Below are positions 1 through 9,107 of a stretch of 64,000 nucleotides of DNA, piece by piece. Source of the stretch: an uncultured Gemmatimonadales bacterium (GTDB lineage Bacteria > Gemmatimonadota > Gemmatimonadetes > Longimicrobiales > RSA9). Both the position numbers and the translations under genes were made by a program. The stretch is from positions 1,248,001 through 1,312,000 of the forward strand of contig CAWCRS010000007.1 in NCBI GenBank assembly GCA_963798085.1, written 5' to 3'. Position 1 is the first letter of the stretch, and each line of letters opens with the position of its first letter. The notes beneath the pieces were generated by a model, which saw nothing but the letters and a program-made list of their open reading frames with translations, searched no databases and had not been told where the DNA came from.

Positions 1-2
1 GT

Positions 3-521
3 TTCTCGCTGTACTGGGGCGGGCCCTATTTCCTGCGCGGCTACGACGGCGGGTCCTTCAAGCCGAGTGGCAGCGAGTGCGAGGCCAGTCAGACCTACTC
101 GGGCAATGGCTCGCTGTCGAGCTGCCCGGTGCGCGATCAGCTCATCGGCTCGAGCGCGGCGCTGGCCAACTTCGAGGTGCGCGTGCCCGTGATCAAGGAG
201 CTGCAGATCGGCTTCCTGGGCACGTTCCCGCCGGTCAATGCCGTGGCCTTTTTCAATGGCGGTCTGGCGTGGGACAAAGAGGTCTGCCTGCAATCCGACT
301 ACACGCGGACGGACAGCTGCGTGGACGCGCAGAAGGTGCACGTGGTGTGGGACCGCAAGCCGGGCCAGGACCCGTACCTGTGGCGGGAGCCGCTGTTCTC
401 GTGGGGACTGGGGCTTCGCATCAACGTCTTCTACACCGTGCTGCGACTCGATTACGCGTTCCCGATGAACCGACCGGATCGCGGTGGTGTGTTCTCACTC
501 TCGTTCGGACCCTCGTTCTGA
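3..521 (+). CDS. Omp85/BamA-family outer-membrane beta-barrel protein, C-terminal part (5' end outside window)
   Basis: Frame is open from the window start: FSLYWGGPYFLRGY (Omp85 'GG...RGY' motif), LRLDYAFP, and a C-terminal beta-signal ending in F. Confidence 0.7.
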   Translation, partial: FSLYWGGPYFLRGYDGGSFKPSGSECEASQTYSGNGSLSSCPVRDQLIGSSAALANFEVRVPVIKELQIGFLGTFPPVNAVAFFNGGLAWDKEVCLQSDYTRTDSCVDAQKVHVVWDRKPGQDPYLWREPLFSWGLGLRINVFYTVLRLDYAFPMNRPDRGGVFSLSFGPSF

Positions 522-543
522 GTGGCTCCCTCCACATGGCGGA

Positions 544-588
544 GAGCGCGCCGTTCGTGGCTTCGTCGCGAACGGCGCGTTCCCTTTG
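544..588 (+). terminator. GC-rich hairpin, possible intrinsic terminator
   Basis: gagcgcgccgttcgtgg-cttcg-tcgcgaacggcgcgttc followed by only a short T run. Confidence 0.4.
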
Positions 589-648
589 CGGGGGGGATAC
601 CGTCCTTAGATTAGCATCGACCTCGACGTCTCACACCGAACTTCGTTC

Positions 649-2247
649 ATGACCCTGGGTTTGTGGCCGGAGGCGGTGCCGTTTGATCCCGATAGCGGCA
701 CCGCGTTGCACGAATTGCGCAAGCACTTCGACGCGGCGCAGCTGCCGGCGGCGCTGCTGCTGGTTTGCGGGCGCAGTCAGCGCGGTTCGCTCTGGGCACA
801 GCAGGCTGCGATCGGACTGGCGCGCGCGCTGGCCGGTGGGCCTCGCCCCGTGGTGCTCGTCGATCTCGATTTCGAAGGTGCCTCTCTGCACGAACGCCTC
901 AATGAGGCGAACGGCGAAGGCCTGGCCAATGCGCTGCTGTTCGGCGCGTCGCTCGAGCGCGTGACGCTCAGGCCCGCCGGTGAGGCGTTCGAGTTCGTGC
1001 CGCCCGGCGCCTTCGCACCCGATCCCTCGGAGCTGCTCACAGACCCTGGCTGGGTCCGACTGCTGGCGGAGCTGGCCACACGCAACGCGCTGCTGCTGGC
1101 GTGGGCACCGGTCGGCACGCCCGGCCTCAATGTGCTCGCCGAGCGCATCCAGGCCGTCGTGGTGCTCGCGGAAGAGAATGAAGTGGCAGCCACCGTGGCG
1201 CTGATGCCGGAGTCCATACGCGTCGAGGGGATGATCCGCCCGGCACCGCCCGTATCGCTCGAACTGACGCCGGTTCCGCAGCCCGAGCCGGAGCCGGTTC
1301 CGCCCGCACCGCCTGCGGCTACGCCCGAAGCGTCTTTGCCGGCGCCGGAGGCGGAGGCGGCGCCCACACGGGCGGTGGTGGAGGCGGCCGCCGCGGATGC
1401 GACAGCGCCGATCATGAGCGCGGCGGACGAGGTGGAGCGCATCCGCCTGCCGAAGGACGAAGCGAGAGAAGCGCTGATGGCGGAGCTGCGTGCGAGGCAG
1501 CGCGTGGCGGCACGAGCGGGCGCCGGGGACGGCGACAAGGCAGCCGATGGAACGCAGGGGGAAGACTCCGTCGTCGTCACGCGCGAGCCGGCGCCACCGC
1601 GCAATTATCGGACGTGGTTCATCGGCGTGGGCGCGCTGCTGCTGATCGTGATCCTGAGCGCGCTCGGCGGCATGCTGCTGGGCGGCGGCCCGACGAAGTC
1701 TCCGCAGACTCTGCCGCCCGTGAACGCATCCGGGCCACCGGAGCCGGCGGGTGAAATCCTCGGTTATTCGGTCGCCGTCGAAAGCTACGACCGGCAGACC
1801 AGAGCACAGAATCGCGCTGACACGCTCGCGCTCGCGGAGCCGAATGTCAGCTTCTACCTGGCGCCCGTGCGGGTGGACCAGGACCTTTACTTCCGCGTAC
1901 TCGCCGGACCGTTTACCGACAGTCTGACCGCGGCACGTGAGATGCACACGCTCGTGGACCGCGGACTGAAGACCGCCAATTCGCCAACCGACATCCGGTC
2001 GACGCCGCTCGCCTTTCTTATCGGCCGGTATGACACCCGGGATGAAGCTCTGCAGAAGATGAACGAATTGAAGACGACCGTCCCATCCTACGTCGTGGAA
2101 GTGCCGTACTCGCGCGGGCCCATGCATTACCACGTGTACGCGGGTGCGTTTGCCGGTGAGACCGAGGCACTGGTGATGCGCGACATGCTGAAGCACGCCG
2201 GCGTTCAGGACACGCTGGTGCTGCGCGTCGGGCGGGCCGGCACATGA
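649..2247 (+). CDS. Membrane-anchored protein: degenerate ParA/MinD/BY-kinase-like N-domain, Pro/Ala linker, TM helix, two SPOR domains
   Basis: VVLVDLDFEGASLH..GLANALL..FVPPG resembles MinD/CpsD; TM WFIGVGALLLIVILSALGGMLL; SPOR-like YSVAVESY..YFRVLAGPF and FLIGRY..YHVYAGAF; ATGA overlap with smc. Confidence 0.75.
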   Translation: MTLGLWPEAVPFDPDSGTALHELRKHFDAAQLPAALLLVCGRSQRGSLWAQQAAIGLARALAGGPRPVVLVDLDFEGASLHERLNEANGEGLANALLFGASLERVTLRPAGEAFEFVPPGAFAPDPSELLTDPGWVRLLAELATRNALLLAWAPVGTPGLNVLAERIQAVVVLAEENEVAATVALMPESIRVEGMIRPAPPVSLELTPVPQPEPEPVPPAPPAATPEASLPAPEAEAAPTRAVVEAAAADATAPIMSAADEVERIRLPKDEAREALMAELRARQRVAARAGAGDGDKAADGTQGEDSVVVTREPAPPRNYRTWFIGVGALLLIVILSALGGMLLGGGPTKSPQTLPPVNASGPPEPAGEILGYSVAVESYDRQTRAQNRADTLALAEPNVSFYLAPVRVDQDLYFRVLAGPFTDSLTAAREMHTLVDRGLKTANSPTDIRSTPLAFLIGRYDTRDEALQKMNELKTTVPSYVVEVPYSRGPMHYHVYAGAFAGETEALVMRDMLKHAGVQDTLVLRVGRAGT

Positions 2248-5200
2248 AGCTGCGCAGCCTCACATTGCAGGGATTCAAGTCATTCGCTGACCGTACGGAG
2301 CTGCACTTCCACGAAGGCATTACCGCCATCGTCGGACCCAACGGCTGCGGCAAGTCGAACATCAGCGACGCGATTCGCTGGGTGCTCGGCGAACAGAAGC
2401 CGTCCGCCATCCGCGGCTCGCGCATGGAAGAGGCGATCTTCCAGGGCACGACACAGCGGCGTCCGCTGAATCGGGCGGAAGTGGCGCTGCTGTTCTCCAA
2501 TGAAGAGGGCCGGCTGGCGATCCCGCAGAAGGAAGTCGAGATCCGGCGCACGGTTTTCCGCGAGGGTGGCAGCGATTATCTGCTCAACCGCCAGTCCACT
2601 CGCCTGCGTGACATCCTGGATCTGTGCCGCGACACCGGCCTGGGCGCGAATGCCTACACGGTGATCGAGCAGGGCATGGTGGACGCGATCCTCTCGGATC
2701 GTGCGGAAGAGCGGCGCCATCTGTTCGAGGAAGCCGCCGGCATCGGGCGCTACAAGGATCGTCGCAAGTCGGCACAGCGTCGGCTGGAGGCCGCCGAGGC
2801 GGACCTGGCACGACTGCAGGACCTGGTGGGCGAAGTCGACACGAAAGTTCGCAGCCTGGCGCGACAACGGCGACGGGCGCAGCGTTATGGCGAGCTGCGC
2901 GAACGACGGCTGAGCCTGGAAGTGGCCGTGGCAAACGCGGAGTTGGAGCGCGTGCACGCGGCACTGAATGCGGCGGCCGCAAGGCTCAATGCGCTGTTGC
3001 GCGATGATCCGGCGGCCCGCGCCGAATTGAGCGCGGCGGAAGCCGAGCTGGAGCGGAGCCGGCTGCAAGCGGTCGAGCTGGGACGGCAGCGGGCTACGCT
3101 GGCTGCCTCGCTCGACGAAGTGGGCCGGCGCATTGCCGAGCGCGAGCGTGAGCTGGCGGTGGCGGATGAGCGCAGTACGCACTCCGAGCGGCGCCTGGTG
3201 CAGATCGCGGCGGAGCGCGAGGATCTGAACGCGCGCATTGCGGCGCAGGACGTAGAGCTGGACGCGCTGCAGAACGAGCGTCACGGACAGCGCGGCGTGC
3301 TCGAGACACTCGCCGCGCGCGTGGCCGAAGTCCAGGAGCGTAATGCGCTGTTACGCACCGAGGTCACGCAGGTGCGCCGCGCCGATGAGGACGCGCGCGC
3401 CCGCGAAACCGAGCTGACGCGCGCGCTCGCCGTGCTGGAAACCGATGCGGGCCGCGCCACCGGCCGCGCCACGGAGGCGGACGCACTGATCGAGCGGCTG
3501 GGTGAAGAACGGCGGGAGCTGCAGGCCGAGACGCGCCGCCTGGATGAACAGGGCGACCTGTTCGCGGAACAGGCCCGGTCGCTGGCCGAACGCAAGGCGG
3601 CGCTCGAGGAACGCCGCACCGCACTGGAAGCGGACCTCGCCGCACTCATGGCCGCAGAGCAGGACGCGCGCGCCGCACTCGCGGCCGCGGAAGAATCGGC
3701 GAGCAGCCTGAGCGCGCTGGTGGAAGCACAGGAGCGCCTGGAACAGGACTACCACGGCTTCGCGCCGGCCGTCGCCGCCGCACTCCAGTCTCGCGCCGAG
3801 CTGCCCGGCCTGGTGGCGCCGCTCGCCGACCTGCTGGAACTGACACCGGAGCGAGGAGCGGCGCTGGAGGCCGCACTCGGCTCGCTGCTGCAGATGCTGG
3901 TGGTAGAGGGCGCAGATGCCGCCAGCGCGCTGCGCGAGTGGATCAACGACCATCACCCGGACAAGGGTGCCGTCGCACTCCTGCCGCGCACCGCGCTGCC
4001 TCGCCTGGAAGCGTTGCTGCAGGAGATGGAATTCGCGGGCAAGATGCCGGCCGAGCCGGTACTGGTGGGTCGGCGGGAGCGACTCGCAGCCATGCGTGCG
4101 CGCGCGCAGCTTGCGGCGGAGGATGTGGCCACGCAACGCAGCGCGCGCAGCGAAGCGGCGGAGCGCACCACGGCGTGCGAAGCCGAACTACGCGCCACGG
4201 GCTCTACGCTGCACGAGGTCGAGCTGGAGCTGCGACGCACTGCGGCGGACGAGAATACACGTGCCGGCCAGCGCGGGCGCGCGAGTCGCGCCCTGGCCGA
4301 GCTGGAGCGGCGGCAGACCGAACAGACACGGACGCGCGAGCAGGCCACGCGTGACGCGGAGCGCTTCCGCGTCGAACTGGCAAGGGTGGAAGCCGAGCTC
4401 GCCGTTCATCGTGCCTCCTGGCAGGCGGCCACGGGTTCACTGGTACAGCGCGAGGCGGCGTGGGAAGCGGTGCGTGAAGAGGAAGCCGACGTACGCGTGT
4501 CGCACGCGCGCGCCGAGGGCGCGCTGACCGCGCTGGAGCGGCGTATTGCGTCGGGCGAGCAGGAACGTGAGCAGCTGCGCGGCCGCCTGACGGCCATCGC
4601 GGCGGAGGAGCGCGAGCACCACCACGACCTCACCGCGATTGCCCAACTGCGTGTTAGTGCGGGCGCCGAGCTGCAGCAGGGCTTCGAGCGCCGCGATCGG
4701 GTGCAGGCCGAGTTGCGCCGGATCGAGGAGCACCTGACCGAGAGCGGCAATGCCACGGTCACGCTGGAGGCCAGGGTGCGCAGTCTCCGGCGCACGGCGG
4801 ATGAGGCCAGTGAGCTGCGCCACCGCCTGGAAATGGAGCGCGCCGCCGCCATTGCCGCGGAGCGGCGCGTGCGGGACCGCCTGGAGGCCGAGTGGAACCG
4901 GCCTTTCGAGCAGCTGGTCGAGCAGGCAGGCGAGGTGCCGGGTGACCCGGAAGTGCTGACGGCGGAGCTGCAGGCCATTGCCGCCGACATCGAGCGGCTC
5001 GGTCCCATCAATATGCTGGCGATGGAAGAGCACGACGAGGAAAGTCGTCGCCTGGTATTCCTGGTCACGCAGCGCGACGATCTCGTGAAAGCGAGAGACG
5101 ATCTGCAGAGCGCCATCCGCCAGATCAACCGAACGGCGCGCGATCTGTTCTTCCAGACGTTCGAGCAGATCCGCGAGAAATTCGGTCACACCTTCCAGGC

Positions 5201-5624
5201 GCTGTTCGAAGGCGGCGAGTGCGACATCAAGCTGGAAGATCCGGAAGACCCGCTGGAGACGCCGGTCGAAATCACGGCATCGCCACGCGGCAAGCGCACC
5301 CAGCGCATTCACCTGCTGAGCGGCGGCGAGCGTGCGCTGACCGCGCTGGCCCTGCTCTTTGCCATTTACCTGGTGAAGCCCAGCCCGTTCTGCGTGCTGG
5401 ATGAGGTGGACGCACCGCTCGACGATGCCAACATCGGGCGCTTCATCGCAATGCTGCAGCAGTTCAAGATCAGCACGCAGTTCATCGTGATTACGCACAA
5501 CCCCCGCACAATGGAGGCGGCCGACTGGCTGTACGGCGTGACCATGGAGGAGCCGGGCATCAGCTCGATCGTGGGCGTGCACCTGGACGAGGTGCTGGCC
5601 GGGGCAGGCGCGCCCGAGAGCTGA
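2244..5624 (+). CDS. smc: Chromosome segregation protein SMC (shortened hinge)
   Basis: GFKSF, Walker A GPNGCGKSN, long coiled coils, LSGGE signature, LDEVDAPLD Walker B/D-loop. Confidence 0.95.
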   Translation: MKLRSLTLQGFKSFADRTELHFHEGITAIVGPNGCGKSNISDAIRWVLGEQKPSAIRGSRMEEAIFQGTTQRRPLNRAEVALLFSNEEGRLAIPQKEVEIRRTVFREGGSDYLLNRQSTRLRDILDLCRDTGLGANAYTVIEQGMVDAILSDRAEERRHLFEEAAGIGRYKDRRKSAQRRLEAAEADLARLQDLVGEVDTKVRSLARQRRRAQRYGELRERRLSLEVAVANAELERVHAALNAAAARLNALLRDDPAARAELSAAEAELERSRLQAVELGRQRATLAASLDEVGRRIAERERELAVADERSTHSERRLVQIAAEREDLNARIAAQDVELDALQNERHGQRGVLETLAARVAEVQERNALLRTEVTQVRRADEDARARETELTRALAVLETDAGRATGRATEADALIERLGEERRELQAETRRLDEQGDLFAEQARSLAERKAALEERRTALEADLAALMAAEQDARAALAAAEESASSLSALVEAQERLEQDYHGFAPAVAAALQSRAELPGLVAPLADLLELTPERGAALEAALGSLLQMLVVEGADAASALREWINDHHPDKGAVALLPRTALPRLEALLQEMEFAGKMPAEPVLVGRRERLAAMRARAQLAAEDVATQRSARSEAAERTTACEAELRATGSTLHEVELELRRTAADENTRAGQRGRASRALAELERRQTEQTRTREQATRDAERFRVELARVEAELAVHRASWQAATGSLVQREAAWEAVREEEADVRVSHARAEGALTALERRIASGEQEREQLRGRLTAIAAEEREHHHDLTAIAQLRVSAGAELQQGFERRDRVQAELRRIEEHLTESGNATVTLEARVRSLRRTADEASELRHRLEMERAAAIAAERRVRDRLEAEWNRPFEQLVEQAGEVPGDPEVLTAELQAIAADIERLGPINMLAMEEHDEESRRLVFLVTQRDDLVKARDDLQSAIRQINRTARDLFFQTFEQIREKFGHTFQALFEGGECDIKLEDPEDPLETPVEITASPRGKRTQRIHLLSGGERALTALALLFAIYLVKPSPFCVLDEVDAPLDDANIGRFIAMLQQFKISTQFIVITHNPRTMEAADWLYGVTMEEPGISSIVGVHLDEVLAGAGAPES

Positions 5625-8050
5625 TGCGACGCGCAGGTCCCGCCATCGCCTGCGCGCTGCTGGCCTCTGCCACGTGGCTCGCACTGCGGGCGCACGGCGC
5701 CACGCCACGGCCGCGCACGGCCAGCGACTCCCTCGCCGTCTGGGTGATCCTGGATCGCGACTCGGCGCGCAGCCACGCGCCGCCCGCCATTGGGGAAGCC
5801 GCCGTGCGCTCCCGTCGCCAGCTCGGCATTGCCGAACTGGAGAACGATCGCCCGCTGCCCGAGCCACTGCTGCAACGCATTGCGGCAACGGGTGCGCAGA
5901 TTCGGACGCGCAGCCGCTGGCTGCGCGCGGTGAGCGTGTGGACCGATATGGCGGGAGTGGCACGGCTCCGATCCCTGCCGTTCGTCCGCGAGCTGCGGCG
6001 TGTAGGCAGGATGGAGCGCGCCGGCAACGACGGCACGCCGGTCGCCCTCCGTCCGGATGCTGCGCCGCCATTGCCGCCAGCACGACCACCGGACACGCGA
6101 GTGCAGGCGCCGGACAGCGCGTACTATGGCCCCGACTGGCCCGCCATCCGTGACCTGGGCATTCCGTCGGCGCACTCGTTCGGGTTCACGGGCAAGAACA
6201 TCACCATCGCGATTCTGGATGGAGGCTTCGATCCGCGACATCAGAGTCTTGCCGGCCGCGCGGTGGATCACACGCGCGACTTCATCAATGGAGACACGAT
6301 CGTCTATGACCAGCCGGGCGATCCTGCGGGCGCGGCGCGCCACGGCACGCGTGTGTTCTCGCTGCTGGGCGGTTTCCGGCAGGGCCAGGTCGTGGGTCCC
6401 GCATACGATGCGCGCTTCCTGCTGGCCAAGGTGGATGCCGAGCCGGGTGACACGCGCGCGGACGAGGATCGCTGGGTGGCCGCGGTCGAGTGGGCGGACT
6501 CGCTGGGCGCCCGCCTGATCGCATCTTCGCTCGCCTTCCGCTACGCCTTCACGGATGGCCCCGACATTCCCTACGGCGCGCTGAACGGCGACAGCACCAT
6601 CACGACGCGCGAGGCCAATGAAGCGGCCAAGCGCGGGCTGCTGGTGGTCACCGCGATCGGTGATGGCGGACCGCTCGCGGCCACCCTGGCGGCGCCCGCG
6701 GATGCTGACAGTGTGTTAGCAGTGGGCGCGAGCAGTGCCACGGGTCAGCCGGCCGTCTTTGCTGCGGGTGGTTCCGCGCGAGGCCCTACCGCGGACGGTC
6801 GTACCAAGCCGGAAGTGGTGGCCCGCGGGACGGGACTGTACGCGGCGTCGTCGCTCAACGTGGGCGGTTACGACGGCAACCTCGAGGGGACCAGCTACGC
6901 GAACGCGCTGGTTGCGGGTGGCGCGGCGATCTTCATGGAAGCATGGCGCAACCTGAGCGCCGCCGCCGTGCGCCGTGCGATCATGCTCTCCGGCAGACAG
7001 GCCAATGCGCCCGACAACAGCCTGGGCTACGGCATGCCGGACATTGCGTCCGCCATCCTGTTTCCGGACGGGCTGCAGACGACCTCGGTGGCCACAACAG
7101 ACCCGACGGGGCGCCTGATCACGATCGCGCCCACGTTCAACTGGCAGGCATCACTGGTCCACCCGGCGATGCGGCCCGTACGCTACCGGCTCGAGCTGGC
7201 CAGTGATTCCCTGTTTCTGTCCATCGTCGATTCGCTGAGCTTCAACGAGACCTTCTCGCTGACGTTGAGTCGTCCGCTGCGACCCGCACGAATCTGGTGG
7301 CGCGTGGTGGCTACGGCAGCGCTGGGTGTTACGCGCACCACGGCCATTGCCGGACCGCTGACCATGCCCGGCTGGGTGACACTGACTTCGCCCGATCCGG
7401 CGGAAGTGAGCTTCGTGAATTCGGTGCGGCCGGAATTGTCATGGACGCCGCTGCTCGCGCCGCCACCGTTCGGGCCGCTGGTGTACGATGTCGAGATCCT
7501 GTCGAATGAAACGAAGCGGCCCGTGCAACCCGCCGTGCGCAACCTGACGAGCGCGACGATCAAGGTAGCCGAGCCGCTGGTGCCCAACACGGCCTATCTC
7601 TGGCGGGTCATTGCCCGCACGACGACGGGCGCGGAAGACACAGTGCTGAGTCAGAACCCGTTCGTGGTGACCAGTGACACGGCACCGCCGGCGACGCTGC
7701 TCTATCAGAATTTTCCGAATCCGTTTCCGCGCTTCGACCTGGGCACGTTCTCGACACAGGTCTGGTTCGACCTGGCGGAGCGGTCCACCGTCGAGATGAT
7801 GATCCTCGATCAGCGCGGCCGCAGGGTGCGGCAACTCATCCCGGCCGCGGCCGGCTGCGGCACGGTGACGCTGGACGCGGGACAGTATGGCCGCGGTGGT
7901 CCGCTGGGAATGCAGGATCCGTGCGTCTCCACGAGCTGGGATGGCAGCGACGGCGAGGGGCATGAAGTGGCACGCGGCATCTATCTTCTGCGGTTGCGGG
8001 TAAACGGCCGAGACTACTGGCGGCGCATGGTGTTCCTGCCCGAGCGTTGA
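5624..8050 (+). CDS. Secreted S8 (subtilase) serine peptidase with C-terminal beta-sandwich repeats and FlgD-Ig/'secretion system C-terminal'-like domain
   Basis: Signal peptide; triad ILDGG, HGT, GTSY; KPEVVARG; GYGMPD; C-terminal LYQNFPNPF...WDG.DGEG..VARGIYLLRL. Confidence 0.85.
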   Translation: MRRAGPAIACALLASATWLALRAHGATPRPRTASDSLAVWVILDRDSARSHAPPAIGEAAVRSRRQLGIAELENDRPLPEPLLQRIAATGAQIRTRSRWLRAVSVWTDMAGVARLRSLPFVRELRRVGRMERAGNDGTPVALRPDAAPPLPPARPPDTRVQAPDSAYYGPDWPAIRDLGIPSAHSFGFTGKNITIAILDGGFDPRHQSLAGRAVDHTRDFINGDTIVYDQPGDPAGAARHGTRVFSLLGGFRQGQVVGPAYDARFLLAKVDAEPGDTRADEDRWVAAVEWADSLGARLIASSLAFRYAFTDGPDIPYGALNGDSTITTREANEAAKRGLLVVTAIGDGGPLAATLAAPADADSVLAVGASSATGQPAVFAAGGSARGPTADGRTKPEVVARGTGLYAASSLNVGGYDGNLEGTSYANALVAGGAAIFMEAWRNLSAAAVRRAIMLSGRQANAPDNSLGYGMPDIASAILFPDGLQTTSVATTDPTGRLITIAPTFNWQASLVHPAMRPVRYRLELASDSLFLSIVDSLSFNETFSLTLSRPLRPARIWWRVVATAALGVTRTTAIAGPLTMPGWVTLTSPDPAEVSFVNSVRPELSWTPLLAPPPFGPLVYDVEILSNETKRPVQPAVRNLTSATIKVAEPLVPNTAYLWRVIARTTTGAEDTVLSQNPFVVTSDTAPPATLLYQNFPNPFPRFDLGTFSTQVWFDLAERSTVEMMILDQRGRRVRQLIPAAAGCGTVTLDAGQYGRGGPLGMQDPCVSTSWDGSDGEGHEVARGIYLLRLRVNGRDYWRRMVFLPER

Positions 8051-8084
8051 TCGGCCAGGGCGAGTCGACTCACAGGGAGCGGGG

Positions 8085-9062
8085 ATGGGACGATACCTGG
8101 TGACCGGGACGGCCGGCTTCATTGGCTGGAAGGTGACAGAGCAGCTGCTGGCGCGCGGCGACGAAGTCGTGGGGGTGGACAACCTCAACGACGCGTACGA
8201 CGTGCGCCTGAAGGAATGGCGCCTGGGTACGCTGCAGGGCCGCGCAGGCTACCGCTTCGTGCGCACCGACATCAGCGATCGGGCCGCGCTGGACGCGGTG
8301 TTCGCTTCGGGTCGCTTCGCTGGCGTGATCAACCTGGCGGCGCGTGCGGGCGTACGGCAGAGCGTGGAGAATCCCTGGGTGTACCTGGAGACCAACGCGA
8401 CCGGCACGCTCAACCTGCTCGACCGCTGCGTGCAACACGGTGTTCCCAAGTTCGTGCTGGCGTCGACATCGAGTCTCTACGGCTCACACAATCCCAGGCC
8501 CTATTCCGAGACCGCGGACACGGACCGCCCGCTCTCGCCCTACGCCGCTTCCAAGAAAGCTGCGGAAGCGATGGCGCACACGTACCACTACCTGCACGAC
8601 CTCGACGTCACTGTGTTCCGCTACTTCACGGTGTACGGTCCCGCAGGCCGGCCGGACATGAGCCTGTTCCGTTTCGTGCAGTGGATCAGCGAGGAACGGC
8701 CGGTGGTGCTCTTCGGGGATGGCACGCAGGAGCGCGATTTCACGTATGTCGACAATGTGGCGCGCGGCACCATTGCCGGGCTGCGCCCTCTGGGCTACGA
8801 GATCATCAACCTGGGCTCGGACCAGCCGGTGGTGCTGGCGGAGGCGGTGCGCACGGTGGAACGCTGCACCGGGCACCAGGCTAACATCCAGTTACAACCC
8901 CGTCACCCTGCGGATGTGGACGCGACCTGGGCCAACATCGGGAAAGCGAAGGCGCTGCTCGACTGGGAGCCGCGCACCTCGTTCGTCGAGGGTGTCGAGC
9001 ACCTGGTCGCCTGGTACAATGACAACCGCGAGTGGACGCGCAATATCGCCACGGGCAGCTGA
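8085..9062 (+). CDS. NAD-dependent epimerase/dehydratase (UDP-glucuronate 4-epimerase-like)
   Basis: GTAGFIG, LAARAGVR, YAASK, YFTVYGPAGRPDM. Confidence 0.9.
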   Translation: MGRYLVTGTAGFIGWKVTEQLLARGDEVVGVDNLNDAYDVRLKEWRLGTLQGRAGYRFVRTDISDRAALDAVFASGRFAGVINLAARAGVRQSVENPWVYLETNATGTLNLLDRCVQHGVPKFVLASTSSLYGSHNPRPYSETADTDRPLSPYAASKKAAEAMAHTYHYLHDLDVTVFRYFTVYGPAGRPDMSLFRFVQWISEERPVVLFGDGTQERDFTYVDNVARGTIAGLRPLGYEIINLGSDQPVVLAEAVRTVERCTGHQANIQLQPRHPADVDATWANIGKAKALLDWEPRTSFVEGVEHLVAWYNDNREWTRNIATGS

Positions 9063-9107
9063 CGCCCGCCCGACAGCACGCACGGGCCTGCCAATGGTGA
9101 TCCTGCC

